Below are positions 1 through 10,867 of a stretch of 64,000 bases of DNA, piece after piece. The first letter of the stretch is position 1. Each line of letters begins with the position of its first letter. The notes under the pieces were generated by a model. The model saw nothing but the letters and a program-made list of their open reading frames with translations. It was not told the origin of the DNA and searched no databases. Source of the DNA: a virus. A program made the position numbers and the translations under genes. The DNA is taken from positions 32,001 through 96,000 of IMG/VR virus record IMGVR_UViG_3300047157_000162. One strand, given 5' to 3'.

Positions 1-227
1 TTACATGCAATATCAACTGCTAAACCTTTTGTGTGAGATGATTCAGGTGTACCTCCTACTTTAGCATTATGCTCTATAGTTCTGTAGCCTGAATTAATAA
101 CAATAGATTTACCATACTTTTTCCTAACAATATCAAGCATGTTAAGTAACTCTTCATTCATTAATTGACCACTACCTTGAACATCTGGTGAGTCAAACTC
201 TTCGTGCGTAAAGTATTTTAATTTCAT
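1..227 (-). CDS. Peptidase M15 family endolysin-like protein (partial, runs off window start)
   Basis: MKLKYFTHEEFDSPD...INSGYRT...SSHTKGLAVDI: SGYR and SxH...AxD motifs of M15 zinc peptidases; near-identical to 62119..62478. Confidence 0.85.
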   Translation of the reverse strand, partial: MKLKYFTHEEFDSPDVQGSGQLMNEELLNMLDIVRKKYGKSIVINSGYRTIEHNAKVGGTPESSHTKGLAVDIAC

Positions 228-238
228 ATATATAAATG

Positions 239-3200
239 TTAATTTAGTACTCTTCTCTTACTGCTTTTTCCTCTTACGTTCTTTCTACTTTTGGATTTTT
301 TAGATTTTTTAATACCTAACTGCCATTCAGACCATCCAGCTAGTAAAGCTACTCTCTGCGCTACAGATATATTTTCTTGAGTAGATGCTGTTACATTATT
401 TATTTTCTTAACAACTCTATCTAGAGGTACGTTTGTCGTAGCTGATATAACATTAGCTCCCGCTAAGTAAGCCGGGTTGTCTAAACTAAAACCTTTTTCT
501 TTTATTTCTTTTTCATCCCAAGAAAAAGACCTACCAGCGGCTTTTAATTTACTTATTTTAGAAGATATTGGTGGTGATAATTTTAATAACTCTGAAGCAG
601 CATTTTCGTACTTAGGATTATCTTTAGCACTCTCTTTAGCTAGTTTTATACCAGCGTTTTTAATCACAGTAAAAACCGCTCCACCTATACCCGTACCTCT
701 AAGTATTGAATCAAGCATACCGTTTGCGATACCAACTACTTTCTTTTCGTCTTCTTCTTCATCTTCTCCAAATGTTATAGCAAATAAAGCTTGCTGCAAC
801 GCATTAAATATTAAGTTTTGTGCTACACCATAATATATAATCTTAGATATATTTGTTTTAGCATCACCTCGACCATTCTTGAGATCACTAGCGGCTTTTT
901 TAATTAATCTAGCGTATTGCGCTGGTGTGTTAGCGAAAGCTAGTATAATACGCCCTAATGGACCCGCTTGTTGTTGACTTATTCTATCAGGTCTACTTGA
1001 CTGTTGAGATTCTTCTGCTATCTCTCTAAAGTCTCTTAAAGCTTCTCTTTCAGCTGCCATACTGCTTTTACCTTGTTTCATAAGAGATTTAACTCTATTT
1101 CTATAAAAAGTTGCACCACCAGATGCAATAGCAAAACTATCAGCTATTTGAGTTGGCGTAAATCCTAATTTTAATAGTTTGTTTATAACACCTCTAACAC
1201 CTCTTTCTTTAGCTATATCAGCAATATCAGCTTCATTAACATTCATCTTTAATCCATCACGTCTCTCGATTAAGAACTCAGAGTTAAATAGTTTTTTGAA
1301 GTCTGTCCAATATTGTTTTTGATTAGCAAAAGCTTTACCTGCAGCTAGTATATTATTGTCTCCAAAATTTATAAAGTTTACAGCAGACAATGTTTGTAAC
1401 ACGGCTGATCTAGTGTTAAAAAACATTATAGCACCAATACTACCTGTTAACCAGTCAGTTACTCTGGTTGTTAAAGAATCTACACCTGTAGATCTATTTC
1501 TACCAGTCTTCATTCTTTTTAATATATTCTCCATAGCCATACGATATTGTTTACCATATATAGCCTCTAGTTTATTTAAGTTTTTCTCTGAAAATATAAT
1601 ATCAACATTTTGTTGCCAAAGTTCTAAGTACTTTTTTCTTTTATTTGTATTTAAAGTTTCTAATAAATCAGTCGTTATGGTACCTGTATTCCAAGAGTCA
1701 GTAGGTGATATATAGCCAGTACCTTTGTTAAGTTTCATTATTTCTGTACCAAATACTTTTAGATCTGGGTTTGAGTCAACGTATTTAACTAAACTATCTA
1801 TATCGCTTTTGTCTAAACCAGGAACATCTTCACCTATTTGATTCCATATCCAAACACGAACAGCTTGCTCTTTAGTGAAAGAATCTCCAGGTATCTTCTT
1901 TTTTAAATCTTTTGGAACTATTTTAAGTTTCTTTTTTAACTCTCTAAAATCCCTACCTAAAGCATTTCTATCTCTAGATATGTTTTCCATAGCTCTAGCA
2001 AATGGGTTTAGTAAATTTTTCTTATACCAAGCCATTTGAGCGTCTCCTGTCCTACCCTTACCTAATGTAGCATATAACAAACCTACAAAATCTTCAGCTG
2101 AAGGTGGTATAAAGAATTTAAATCTACCTTTACTAGCTCCAACAGTCTCTGCTTTTACTCGCTTATATTCTTTATCAGAAGCTATACCAGACTTTTTCTC
2201 TAATATATCGTTAAAATCTTTATCTAAGTTTTGAATATTACTGAACTGTATACCAGCTTCTGATTGCTGATCATCTAAGCTTTTCATTTCATCTAAAACT
2301 TGATCCATAGTAAAATTACCTTTTAATCTTTTAGATTTAGGTAACGTGTCATTATTAGATTTAGACGCTTGCAGTGTTGACTTGTATAATTCTTTTATAC
2401 TTTTTACATTTTTACTTTCACTAAAATCAAGTATTGGTGTCAAAGATATATTAGCACCGTTATTTTCATTAGCATATTTGTATCTAGTAGGAAAACCTTT
2501 TTCGTCTGGATATATTAAATCAAGAGAATAATCACTTTTAGAATCGCCTTTCCTAGGACCATTCATTTTGTTTGTTTTGTTTACTATAGAGTCTTGATCC
2601 TTAGGTATAATAGCAACATCGAAGTTCTTCATTATTTTATCGAACATGCTGTTAAATTCAGCCTCTGTTTTACTATTGTATAAAGCTTTCATCAATTCAA
2701 CAGAAGTGTCCGAAGCTGTTTGAGAATGTTCGTACACGTAATCAGAGTCACTTAATCCGTTTACATACATTATCCACTTAGGTATAGCCGCTGTTCTAAT
2801 TAAGGAATCAGTATTACTATTCATCATAGTAAAAATCATAGGTATAAAAGTCTTGTCATTAGGATTTTTTTTGTTATACTTTATTAATGTTTTTAGTATT
2901 TTCTTTAATCCTTTTCTTTGATCTTTGGCTATGTTAATTCTTTCCTTTATTGTTTCAAAAAACTTACCAGAGTTAATACCTTCTGACGATTGTTTTTTAA
3001 GAACAGATAGCTTTATTTTTTTACTGTTACCATCTATATCTGTATACTCAACAAGTCTATCACCTTTTTCATGAGTTATTTGTTTTAATCCCTTTTTCTC
3101 TCTGTGTTCGTTATAAGACTTAAAAAAATCAGATCTTCCTTCGAAAGCGATATTTCTAACGTTTTTAAAATCTTCAGAGTAAACACTTTTGCCGTTAACT

Positions 3201-6200
3201 GTTTTCCATTTATAGTTGTAACCCTTGCTAGCTGTTGGTAATATGTACTTCACAAAATCATCTTCACTGAAGCTATCAAATACATCAAATATATCTTTTT
3301 TAAATTTATTTACTTTTTGCTCATCATTAAAGTCTACATTAGCCTCTTTATTAGTTGTAGCTTTATATGCGTTTGATATTTTACTAAATTGAATATCAGA
3401 TTTACCTGCTTGTATGTTCTGCTTTTGTACGTCGGTGACATTATCTAACTGCCTTATTTCTGTGTTAGTAGCTAGTTTACCGAACAGCATTGTTATAGCT
3501 TTTAGTCTTTGACCTATTTTTCTGTCATACTTATTAGCTTCACCTTTCTTAATACCTAAGTCTTCTAAAAACTGCTCGTATGTAAGATCTTTTTTAAGTT
3601 CTTTAATAACAACTTGAGATGTAACACCTTTACTTCTTTTACCGGTAGCTTCGTAAAAAGCTTTCATTAAGCTTGTAGGTATCTTTAAGCCTGTACCTTT
3701 AACACTCTTATAAGCTTGGGCATCTACAGTGGCTAACTCAGGAGCTACGTTGTTTGGTGGCATTAACTTAAACAAGTCAGGACCCATAGACTTTATTATG
3801 TCTTGTATTTTACTTGACTCTGATTTTATAATCATACCAACCTTAGCTTCAGGGTAGTATTTTTTAATACTTTCTATATTCTTATTATCTACTACAACGT
3901 CTTTAAAAGCTAAGTTATCTGCAGGATCTGTAACTTTTAATACGGGTATATCAAATATTTCTGCAGTAACTTCAGCTGCTAAATCTTTTAAATTACCAAA
4001 AGTAGATCCGTCTATAGTTGCTTTACCAGATTCAACCATACTTTTAACAGCATCCCTGTATTTTTTCTGTAAACCTAAATCTCTTATTAATTCTATAGGT
4101 TTTATCTTTCTAGACGGTTTTTTAGTAGTTTCTACAGACTTTGTATCTGTTGTCGATGCAACTTCAGCTACTGAACCTACTTCACCAGCTTTAACATCTA
4201 GACTTTTATCTGCTATTTTTCTAAACTTCTCGTAAGTTTGTTGAGCTTTTGGAGCTATATTATTATACACCCAAGTAGAAAACTTAGATTCATCTGGTTT
4301 ATAAGATTCAATTATCTTAGGTAAAAATTGTCTAAGATAATCTCTTACTTCGGTTCTATCTAAATCTCCTTTTCTAGTGTCATATTTTATAGCTTTTAAA
4401 GCCATCGTATCGAAAGACTCTACTAATTCAGACTCTGCAGCTGCTTTATCTTTTCTAGTAGTTTCTTTTGATTTTATAGTCTCAACTAAAGCCTCGTTAT
4501 CATAAGTCTTTTTAGTAGTTTCTTCTTTTTCTGCTTTTTCTTTTTTAACTACAGGTTTTTTTACAGGTGCTTTTTTAGCTTGTATTATTTTATATTGCAG
4601 GTTAGATCTTAAAGCATCAAACTCGTCTGGATCATATTCAAACTCGTTTTCATCTAGTGTTTCAAGCTCTTGCTCTAAAGACTGAATTTTCTCTTGATTA
4701 ACATTAGAAAAATCTGATTGTTTTGTTTTAGAAAAATCAGTAGTTACACCTAACTTAGGAGCAACAAACTGCTTAATGTCTTTGCTTATAGCGCCTTTTT
4801 CCGCAGACTTACTATACTCTCGCATAAAGTTGTAAACATCTTTACCGGTGTCAAAATTTAGTTTGCTAAAACCTAGTGATCTAAATAAAGGCATTAACAT
4901 GTCACCTATCTTGGTAAATAAAGTTTCATTATATTTTATCTCTTTATCAGCAATAGCGTCAGAAAAAACAGTTAGGTATTCTTTATTATAAGTATCTTTA
5001 TTAACAATACCGGTTTCCTTATCTGTGTATCTAGCCTCCATCATGCGCTCCATGAAGTCTAATTGATCTTTAGATAACTGATTTTTAAACTCTTCAACTA
5101 CAGCACCTTGTTGATCTGCATCACCTACAATTGCGTTTAGTATAGGGTGTAATGTTTCGTGAGCACCAACATTTAATTGATTTAATTCCACAAGTCTATC
5201 CTTGTTCATAAAAAACTCGCCATTAGCAAAAAACCCACCGCTGTTATCACTGTAATTAGTGTTGTTTATTTTATTTGTTTTTTCAGCTATTTTAGATTTA
5301 TCTAATTTTTTATCTATATTGTTTATCTCAAGCTCTCTAGCTTTTTTATTAAAATCTTCAGGGCTTAGAGCAGTACTTTTTATACCAATACTAGCAGCAT
5401 CCTTAGCAAAGCTTAATGTTTTTTCTTTTCTATCTTTTTTTATTTCTAGATCCTGCTCTTTATTTATAGCATCTAGTCTTTCTGATTGTGTACCTGTTAG
5501 GGCTTTGTCGTTTATTTCTTTTATTTGAGCTTCTAAGTCTGATTTTTCTTTTTGTAACTCAACAATTTTAATCTCTGCTTTTTCGCTAAGGTTTAACGAT
5601 TTTACTTTATTTACAGTTCCTTGAGTCTTTATAAAATTCTTTTTTATAGCATCACCTTCCTCTTTTGTTATCTCAGCTCTTTTCACTTGAGCATCAACTT
5701 TTTCGTCTAGTATTTTTCTAGAGTTTTTTATTTTAGATATTTTAATTTCTGCATCATCAGTTTTAGTCTCTGGCTTAAAAACATCTACTATGTTTCCATA
5801 CTCAGTTCTATTAATCTCTTTGTTAACTTTAATTCTATCTAGGTTTGTTTGAATATTCAAAGCTTGCTTACCTAAAGTTAAAGGAGCACTACCTAACCCA
5901 GCAACTGCTTCAAAACCAATTTCAGCAACATCCATTTCTTGGTCAGCAACATACCTTCCAGCTACTTCACCTAAACCACCACCAGCTATTTCAACACCAC
6001 CGGTAACGCCAGCAGCAACCATAGGTGCTCTTTTAAATCCAGCAGTTGCTAGTTTACCACCAACACCTTTAGCTATTCCTAATGTAGCCATTTCAACAGC
6101 AGCGATAGCTACACCTCTATTTAAAGCTCTATTTTTTAAATCGGCTAGTTTTTCTGGATCTTGAAGTATTTTCTTTATTTTATCTGGATCTAAACCTCCT

Positions 6201-7102
6201 GCTTCTTCTTGAAGCAATTCAGCAAAAGTTAAACCAGTTTCCATAGCTCCCATAGTACCAGCCATACCACCAGCAACAGCTCCACCTAATGTAGATACTC
6301 CTGGTAAAGGTATTGCAGAACCAGCAACAGCTCCTGTAGCAGCAGCAGCAGCACCAGCTGCCCTAACTTCATCAGAGCGTAATGAGCTTATTTGATTAGA
6401 AATAGAACTAACTAGCATTGTAGATAGCGTTGAAGGATTGTTAACAACACCTTTTATGAAACCCCAAAAACCACCACCTTCTTCTTCATATATTCTATTA
6501 AAATCTTGCATCTCTGCAGATCCTAAGTTTTTTCTAGCTATTTCTTTGTTTTTGTTTACGAAGTTTAAAACATCTTCGTCAGTAGCTTTATCACCAAGCT
6601 TATATAACTCATATGATGGATCTACTAATTCACCTTGTCTCCAACCTTCTTTAGCCGCTGTAGCTATATCGCTAAAAAAATCAACAAAACCTGTAGCTGA
6701 AAAAAAGCTTTCATCTTCTTCTAAAACATCTCTTTCAGCTAAATCTTTTTGATATTCTTTAAATTCTTTTTCACTTACTGGCTCCCCGTTTATCACAAAC
6801 GGATCCATTGATTGTGATTCCAAAGAAGTATCTACCGGCGCTAATTCCGTATCTTTTAGTGCAATTTCCCCTTCCTGCGACTCTGCAACTGCACTTGGTA
6901 CATCGTCTGTCGGAAAATCTTCTGCAGAAGAAAAACCAAACTGTGTATTAAATTCATCTATAGATTTAGTGTACTCTCCGTTGTCGTTCAAGGCTTTGTA
7001 AAGTACTTTTGACTTTTCTTCGTTTCCAAATTGTTCTTTAAAATCTTCAAAAGACCCAGTATAATCACCGGCTTCAAATAAACTATTATATAATTCTTCC
7101 AT
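239..7102 (-). CDS. Giant (2287 aa) polyvalent internal virion/ejection protein with HExxH zincin and sigma-like domains
   Basis: Long ORF at the end of the structural operon; Gly/Ala hydrophobic tract aa ~245-410; HETLH at aa 648; KFSTWVY sigma region-2-like segment; helical C-terminal domain. Confidence 0.75.
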   Translation of the reverse strand: MEELYNSLFEAGDYTGSFEDFKEQFGNEEKSKVLYKALNDNGEYTKSIDEFNTQFGFSSAEDFPTDDVPSAVAESQEGEIALKDTELAPVDTSLESQSMDPFVINGEPVSEKEFKEYQKDLAERDVLEEDESFFSATGFVDFFSDIATAAKEGWRQGELVDPSYELYKLGDKATDEDVLNFVNKNKEIARKNLGSAEMQDFNRIYEEEGGGFWGFIKGVVNNPSTLSTMLVSSISNQISSLRSDEVRAAGAAAAATGAVAGSAIPLPGVSTLGGAVAGGMAGTMGAMETGLTFAELLQEEAGGLDPDKIKKILQDPEKLADLKNRALNRGVAIAAVEMATLGIAKGVGGKLATAGFKRAPMVAAGVTGGVEIAGGGLGEVAGRYVADQEMDVAEIGFEAVAGLGSAPLTLGKQALNIQTNLDRIKVNKEINRTEYGNIVDVFKPETKTDDAEIKISKIKNSRKILDEKVDAQVKRAEITKEEGDAIKKNFIKTQGTVNKVKSLNLSEKAEIKIVELQKEKSDLEAQIKEINDKALTGTQSERLDAINKEQDLEIKKDRKEKTLSFAKDAASIGIKSTALSPEDFNKKARELEINNIDKKLDKSKIAEKTNKINNTNYSDNSGGFFANGEFFMNKDRLVELNQLNVGAHETLHPILNAIVGDADQQGAVVEEFKNQLSKDQLDFMERMMEARYTDKETGIVNKDTYNKEYLTVFSDAIADKEIKYNETLFTKIGDMLMPLFRSLGFSKLNFDTGKDVYNFMREYSKSAEKGAISKDIKQFVAPKLGVTTDFSKTKQSDFSNVNQEKIQSLEQELETLDENEFEYDPDEFDALRSNLQYKIIQAKKAPVKKPVVKKEKAEKEETTKKTYDNEALVETIKSKETTRKDKAAAESELVESFDTMALKAIKYDTRKGDLDRTEVRDYLRQFLPKIIESYKPDESKFSTWVYNNIAPKAQQTYEKFRKIADKSLDVKAGEVGSVAEVASTTDTKSVETTKKPSRKIKPIELIRDLGLQKKYRDAVKSMVESGKATIDGSTFGNLKDLAAEVTAEIFDIPVLKVTDPADNLAFKDVVVDNKNIESIKKYYPEAKVGMIIKSESSKIQDIIKSMGPDLFKLMPPNNVAPELATVDAQAYKSVKGTGLKIPTSLMKAFYEATGKRSKGVTSQVVIKELKKDLTYEQFLEDLGIKKGEANKYDRKIGQRLKAITMLFGKLATNTEIRQLDNVTDVQKQNIQAGKSDIQFSKISNAYKATTNKEANVDFNDEQKVNKFKKDIFDVFDSFSEDDFVKYILPTASKGYNYKWKTVNGKSVYSEDFKNVRNIAFEGRSDFFKSYNEHREKKGLKQITHEKGDRLVEYTDIDGNSKKIKLSVLKKQSSEGINSGKFFETIKERINIAKDQRKGLKKILKTLIKYNKKNPNDKTFIPMIFTMMNSNTDSLIRTAAIPKWIMYVNGLSDSDYVYEHSQTASDTSVELMKALYNSKTEAEFNSMFDKIMKNFDVAIIPKDQDSIVNKTNKMNGPRKGDSKSDYSLDLIYPDEKGFPTRYKYANENNGANISLTPILDFSESKNVKSIKELYKSTLQASKSNNDTLPKSKRLKGNFTMDQVLDEMKSLDDQQSEAGIQFSNIQNLDKDFNDILEKKSGIASDKEYKRVKAETVGASKGRFKFFIPPSAEDFVGLLYATLGKGRTGDAQMAWYKKNLLNPFARAMENISRDRNALGRDFRELKKKLKIVPKDLKKKIPGDSFTKEQAVRVWIWNQIGEDVPGLDKSDIDSLVKYVDSNPDLKVFGTEIMKLNKGTGYISPTDSWNTGTITTDLLETLNTNKRKKYLELWQQNVDIIFSEKNLNKLEAIYGKQYRMAMENILKRMKTGRNRSTGVDSLTTRVTDWLTGSIGAIMFFNTRSAVLQTLSAVNFINFGDNNILAAGKAFANQKQYWTDFKKLFNSEFLIERRDGLKMNVNEADIADIAKERGVRGVINKLLKLGFTPTQIADSFAIASGGATFYRNRVKSLMKQGKSSMAAEREALRDFREIAEESQQSSRPDRISQQQAGPLGRIILAFANTPAQYARLIKKAASDLKNGRGDAKTNISKIIYYGVAQNLIFNALQQALFAITFGEDEEEDEKKVVGIANGMLDSILRGTGIGGAVFTVIKNAGIKLAKESAKDNPKYENAASELLKLSPPISSKISKLKAAGRSFSWDEKEIKEKGFSLDNPAYLAGANVISATTNVPLDRVVKKINNVTASTQENISVAQRVALLAGWSEWQLGIKKSKKSKSRKNVRGKSSKRRVLN

Positions 7103-7127
7103 GTAATTCTATTTAATACTATTTATT

Positions 7128-8594
7128 TTATAAGTTATCGTACTTACCACCATTCTTTTTGCTAAGTATTTTTCTAATAGCTTCTAGCTTAGCATTTTTC
7201 TCAGATGAACTTCCTTCACCAGCTTTTATCATAGCTTTAGCGTATTGCATCATGCCATCTTTAGTGTCTAAGTCTATAGTTCTTTCTAAGTCTTCAAATT
7301 CACCAGCTTTTTGACCTGACTTTGTTGTAGTAAATATTTTAACTTTACCCATACCACCTTCTTCTGCTGGATCTTCAAATATAGTGCTAGTAATTTCTTC
7401 TACGCCTTGACCAAAGTTAACAGCTGCGTTAGGCAGTTTTCTTTCTCTAGCGTATCTTCTTAAATCATCTACAATTAATTTTGCAGATTCTCTACTACTA
7501 GCAGCTTTTTTATCAAAAGACGTTGGTTTATAATCGCTAGGTTTAGTTGTTCCAAAGTTTTTACTTGTATTGAACTTAGCGTTAGTATCTACAACATAGT
7601 TTAAATAAGCTTCTTGAATTTTAACTAAATCAGGATCAGGTATTAAATTACCTTCTTTATCTCTTTGCTGGGACCAAGAGCTTTTTTGCTCCATCTCCAT
7701 ATTACCTTTAGACAATACATCATTGTAAAAGGTTATTGCTTCGTTTGTTGGTAACCCAACTATAACGGCATTAACGTCTTCTTTAGCTTGCTTTTTAATG
7801 TATTCTTTATCTGGAAGTCTAGTGTAATAAATTGTCCCGTTTTCAGCTCTAAATTGTTTTGGCTCTGAGTTAGCATATACCATTGAAGTAACAGCATTTA
7901 AATCTAATTTATCTTCTAGTAATTTTTGAGTATCTGTTGTTTGTTTAGATAGGTTAGGTACGTAATCAGGTTGAGCTATACTACTCATGTCTTTGTTTAT
8001 AATACTACCAATTAGTTTGTCGTCTTCGTTATAAACGTCTATGTATACAACTGGTCCATCAGGTCCAGACATGTCATATCTAGCTTCTTTTCTACCAGGT
8101 GCGTCTTTAAAGCCATATAATATATCAAGTGCTTCTAAGTTCTCAGGTTTATTAGCTAAAGAAAAACCACCTTGATTACCCATAGGTATAGATCTTTTTT
8201 CTAAATATTCTTGCTGACCAGCCGAAGTATTTTGTAGTACGTCACCTATATGAGTACCTGCATATTGCATATTTCTTATAAAGTTCTTATCTTCTTGAGA
8301 TCTTTCGTTTGCAGGTATTTTATATATAGAGTTAAGTATATCTATTTGTTCGTTTAAACCATTAAAGTTTATTGACTTATTTTTAGACTGAGCTTGATAT
8401 ATAGATTGAGCAGCTGCTTCAGATCTTTTCTCAGCTTCTCTAATCATTATTTCATTTTTCCTAGCTCTTTCTTTATTATCAGCTGATATTTTATTTGCTA
8501 ATTTTTCAAATGAACTAGCTACAGACTGTTGCATTTGCCTAATGTACTGGCCTGATTGTCTATCTACAACCTGTTCTGGATTTCTATAACTCAT
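7128..8594 (-). CDS. Putative internal virion (ejection) protein
   Basis: 488-aa ORF between tail genes and the giant protein; coiled-coil N-terminus; assigned by synteny. Confidence 0.55.
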   Translation of the reverse strand: MSYRNPEQVVDRQSGQYIRQMQQSVASSFEKLANKISADNKERARKNEIMIREAEKRSEAAAQSIYQAQSKNKSINFNGLNEQIDILNSIYKIPANERSQEDKNFIRNMQYAGTHIGDVLQNTSAGQQEYLEKRSIPMGNQGGFSLANKPENLEALDILYGFKDAPGRKEARYDMSGPDGPVVYIDVYNEDDKLIGSIINKDMSSIAQPDYVPNLSKQTTDTQKLLEDKLDLNAVTSMVYANSEPKQFRAENGTIYYTRLPDKEYIKKQAKEDVNAVIVGLPTNEAITFYNDVLSKGNMEMEQKSSWSQQRDKEGNLIPDPDLVKIQEAYLNYVVDTNAKFNTSKNFGTTKPSDYKPTSFDKKAASSRESAKLIVDDLRRYARERKLPNAAVNFGQGVEEITSTIFEDPAEEGGMGKVKIFTTTKSGQKAGEFEDLERTIDLDTKDGMMQYAKAMIKAGEGSSSEKNAKLEAIRKILSKKNGGKYDNL

Positions 8595-8609
8595 GTTTTA
8601 TTTTTTTTA

Positions 8610-9411
8610 TTAACTTTCAAATGCTCCTCCTGCTACCGCTGATCCAAAAGTAGAAGCAAGTCCACCAATCATACCTGTCAAAGCACCTGTTCTATCAGCG
8701 CCTGCTTGTGCTTGTCTAGCTTCAGCTCCTGATATTTGAGCAGAAACTCTATCTAGTTGTTGCATTTCTCTTTCTTCTTTAGCTCCAAAAGTAAACGCAG
8801 CTCCTTGAGCTCTAGCTCCTTGAACTCTTTGACCTTCACTTATTTGAATACCTTGCAGTCTTTGTTGCTCAGCCATTTTTTGGTCTTGAAGTTGTTGCTC
8901 TCCTTGAGCTCTTAGTTTTTCGTTTTGAGCTTCTTGTTGTTCAATACTAGCTGATACACCTTTTTTACTTGATAAAGCTGCTTGAGCTAAAGCAGTTGCC
9001 CACCGGCACCAGCTCCAGTAGATCTTATAGTGTCTAAAGTATTAGCTAATGATATATCAGCTTGCTCTATTTCCATTTCAGCCGCTTGAGTAGCTACACT
9101 TAAGTTAGCATATGGATTAGTTAATTGACTACTAAGATCTTGAGCTAAACCAGCTTAAATTACTTACACCAGCGTAAGGATCGGTTATAGGTTGTCTACT
9201 AGTTTTCTAATGTACTTAATTTTCTATTAAGTTTTGCTTTTTTCTCTGCTAGCTTGCTCTTTTCTCTTCTTTTTAGCAGCTTCCACCGCCGAATAAGACC
9301 GCTATAATCTGAACACCTCCTGATATTAAAGCAACAGCCATAGCTGTTAAGGGTTCTAGCCATTTGAACATTGCCTTGTCCAAAGAAAAATATTTCTAAA
9401 AATTCTATCAT
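8610..9411 (-). CDS. Putative internal virion (pilot/ejection) protein, broken by several apparent sequencing frameshifts
   Basis: Fragments 9199..9411 and 8610..8876 joined by Ala/Gln-rich coding sequence; Gly-rich hydrophobic ends (GMIGGLASTFGSAVAGG). Confidence 0.5.
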
Positions 9412-9423
9412 GTTGTTTGTTTT

Positions 9424-10833
9424 TTATCTTCCATAAGTTGCAGCCTACTGCAAATAATTCTTTTAATCCACCTGGATCCGTTGTAGCATCTGTTTTCATA
9501 GTTACTGTAGCATAGTAGGCTTTTATACCTGTACTGCTAGGCCCCATTATTACCTGTCCAGCTATAGGTGTAGGTGAATTGTTTGGTATCGCTGCTACAT
9601 ATCTGTTTTGTTTTCTATCAAATCCTGCTCTATATTGGACATTATTATCTAAGTAAGCGCCTTCATCATAGCTATATATTTTAGTATAAGCGTTAGGAGT
9701 ACTAACATCTACTGTTGCCTGATTAACATTATTAGTCCAGTTGCCATTTAATTCGTCTGCACCGGTTTCATCAGAAACTAAAGATATAACTTCCCATCCA
9801 TTGCTACCTTCGTAATTAATTGTTTTAAAAGTTTTTATCTTGTAGGCTCTGGATTTAAAACAAACTTAACAGAAGCATCATTATTTACCCCGTAGAATTG
9901 ACCTCTTGGTATAGGATTATTGCTATTATCAGTTAAAGAGTAATGCTTATATCCAGAATCTAAATTAGTTGTATAAAATTGTCCCTGAGAGCCAAACATA
10001 AAACTAGGTTTATATGTGTAAAAACTATTCCATCCATTTATATTTTCACTAAATGACAATGTTTTATAGTCTCCATTTGATTGCTGTAAAGACATTGTAT
10101 AACTTTTATTATATATATCATAACCACCTATAATCTTACCTGTTGATGAAACTAAACCAGATTGATCTCTGAAAAAATCAACCATACCATAGTTAGATAT
10201 TTCGGTTATTCCATCCATAGATAATCTAAGTACAGCATTTCTATTTCTGTCAGCAAAGTACTTTTGATAACCATAAACAGCAAAAGATTCAGGATTTGTA
10301 GATATACCAAATTCACCGGCATAGGCTATTATTTGACCTATAACTAATTTAGCAGATGTTGTTATAGCACCGCCTTCAGCAGAGTATATAGCGTCTTTAT
10401 CTATTAAAGCTCTATTTACTTTTCTTTCTTGAAATATAATTAAGTTAGTATCTTCAGCATAAAGCTTTTGTATACTACCATTAATAGGATCTACACTCCT
10501 AGTTATTTCTTCTGCAACACTAAACTCATTAGTTCTATTTATACCTGTTCTTGAATTTAATACACCTGAATATATTAATGAATTTGAAAGCCTTGATTGA
10601 TTATCGTTATCTTCAACTAAATAAGCTTTAACCCCGTAATCAGTGGATGTATTATTGTAACCTCCCCTAATTCTAGATTCCTCAATATACCAGTCTTGAT
10701 CAGCGTCTTCTACTTGAGGAGCTGACCATGGTAACGATGTAATAGTATTATCCACCAAATCTTCATAAGGTACATCAGATATCTTTTTAACCGCGTAAGC
10801 GTTAAAGTATGGTACTTCAAGTGTTATAGACAT
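9424..10833 (-). CDS. Tail stabilisation/nozzle-like protein (frameshifts near 9835 and 9545)
   Basis: FGISTNPESFAVYGYQKYFADRNRNAVLRLSMDGITEIS motif; coding continues in shifted frames (KTFKTINYEGSNGW ... KELFAVG). Confidence 0.65.
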
Positions 10834-10840
10834 ATTGTAT

Positions 10841-10867
10841 TTATTACTTGTTTTTTAATTTTATTAC
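10841..10867 (-). promoter_or_regulatory. Class II promoter motif
   Basis: GTAATAA-N8-AACAAGTAATAA just upstream of ATG 10833. Confidence 0.55.

Noticed and set aside
1-227. Match to 62252-62478 as a direct terminal repeat
   Set aside because: Copies differ by about 8% with synonymous bias and flanks diverge strongly; true terminal repeats would be identical
477-6752. Plus-strand ORFs within the giant gene, and similar antisense ORFs elsewhere
   Set aside because: Shadow ORFs of long genes; no independent signals
239-7102. Giant protein as crAss/N4-type virion RNA polymerase
   Set aside because: No DxDxD double-psi-barrel motif (DFDID/DFDGD) or T7-type polymerase motifs recognised
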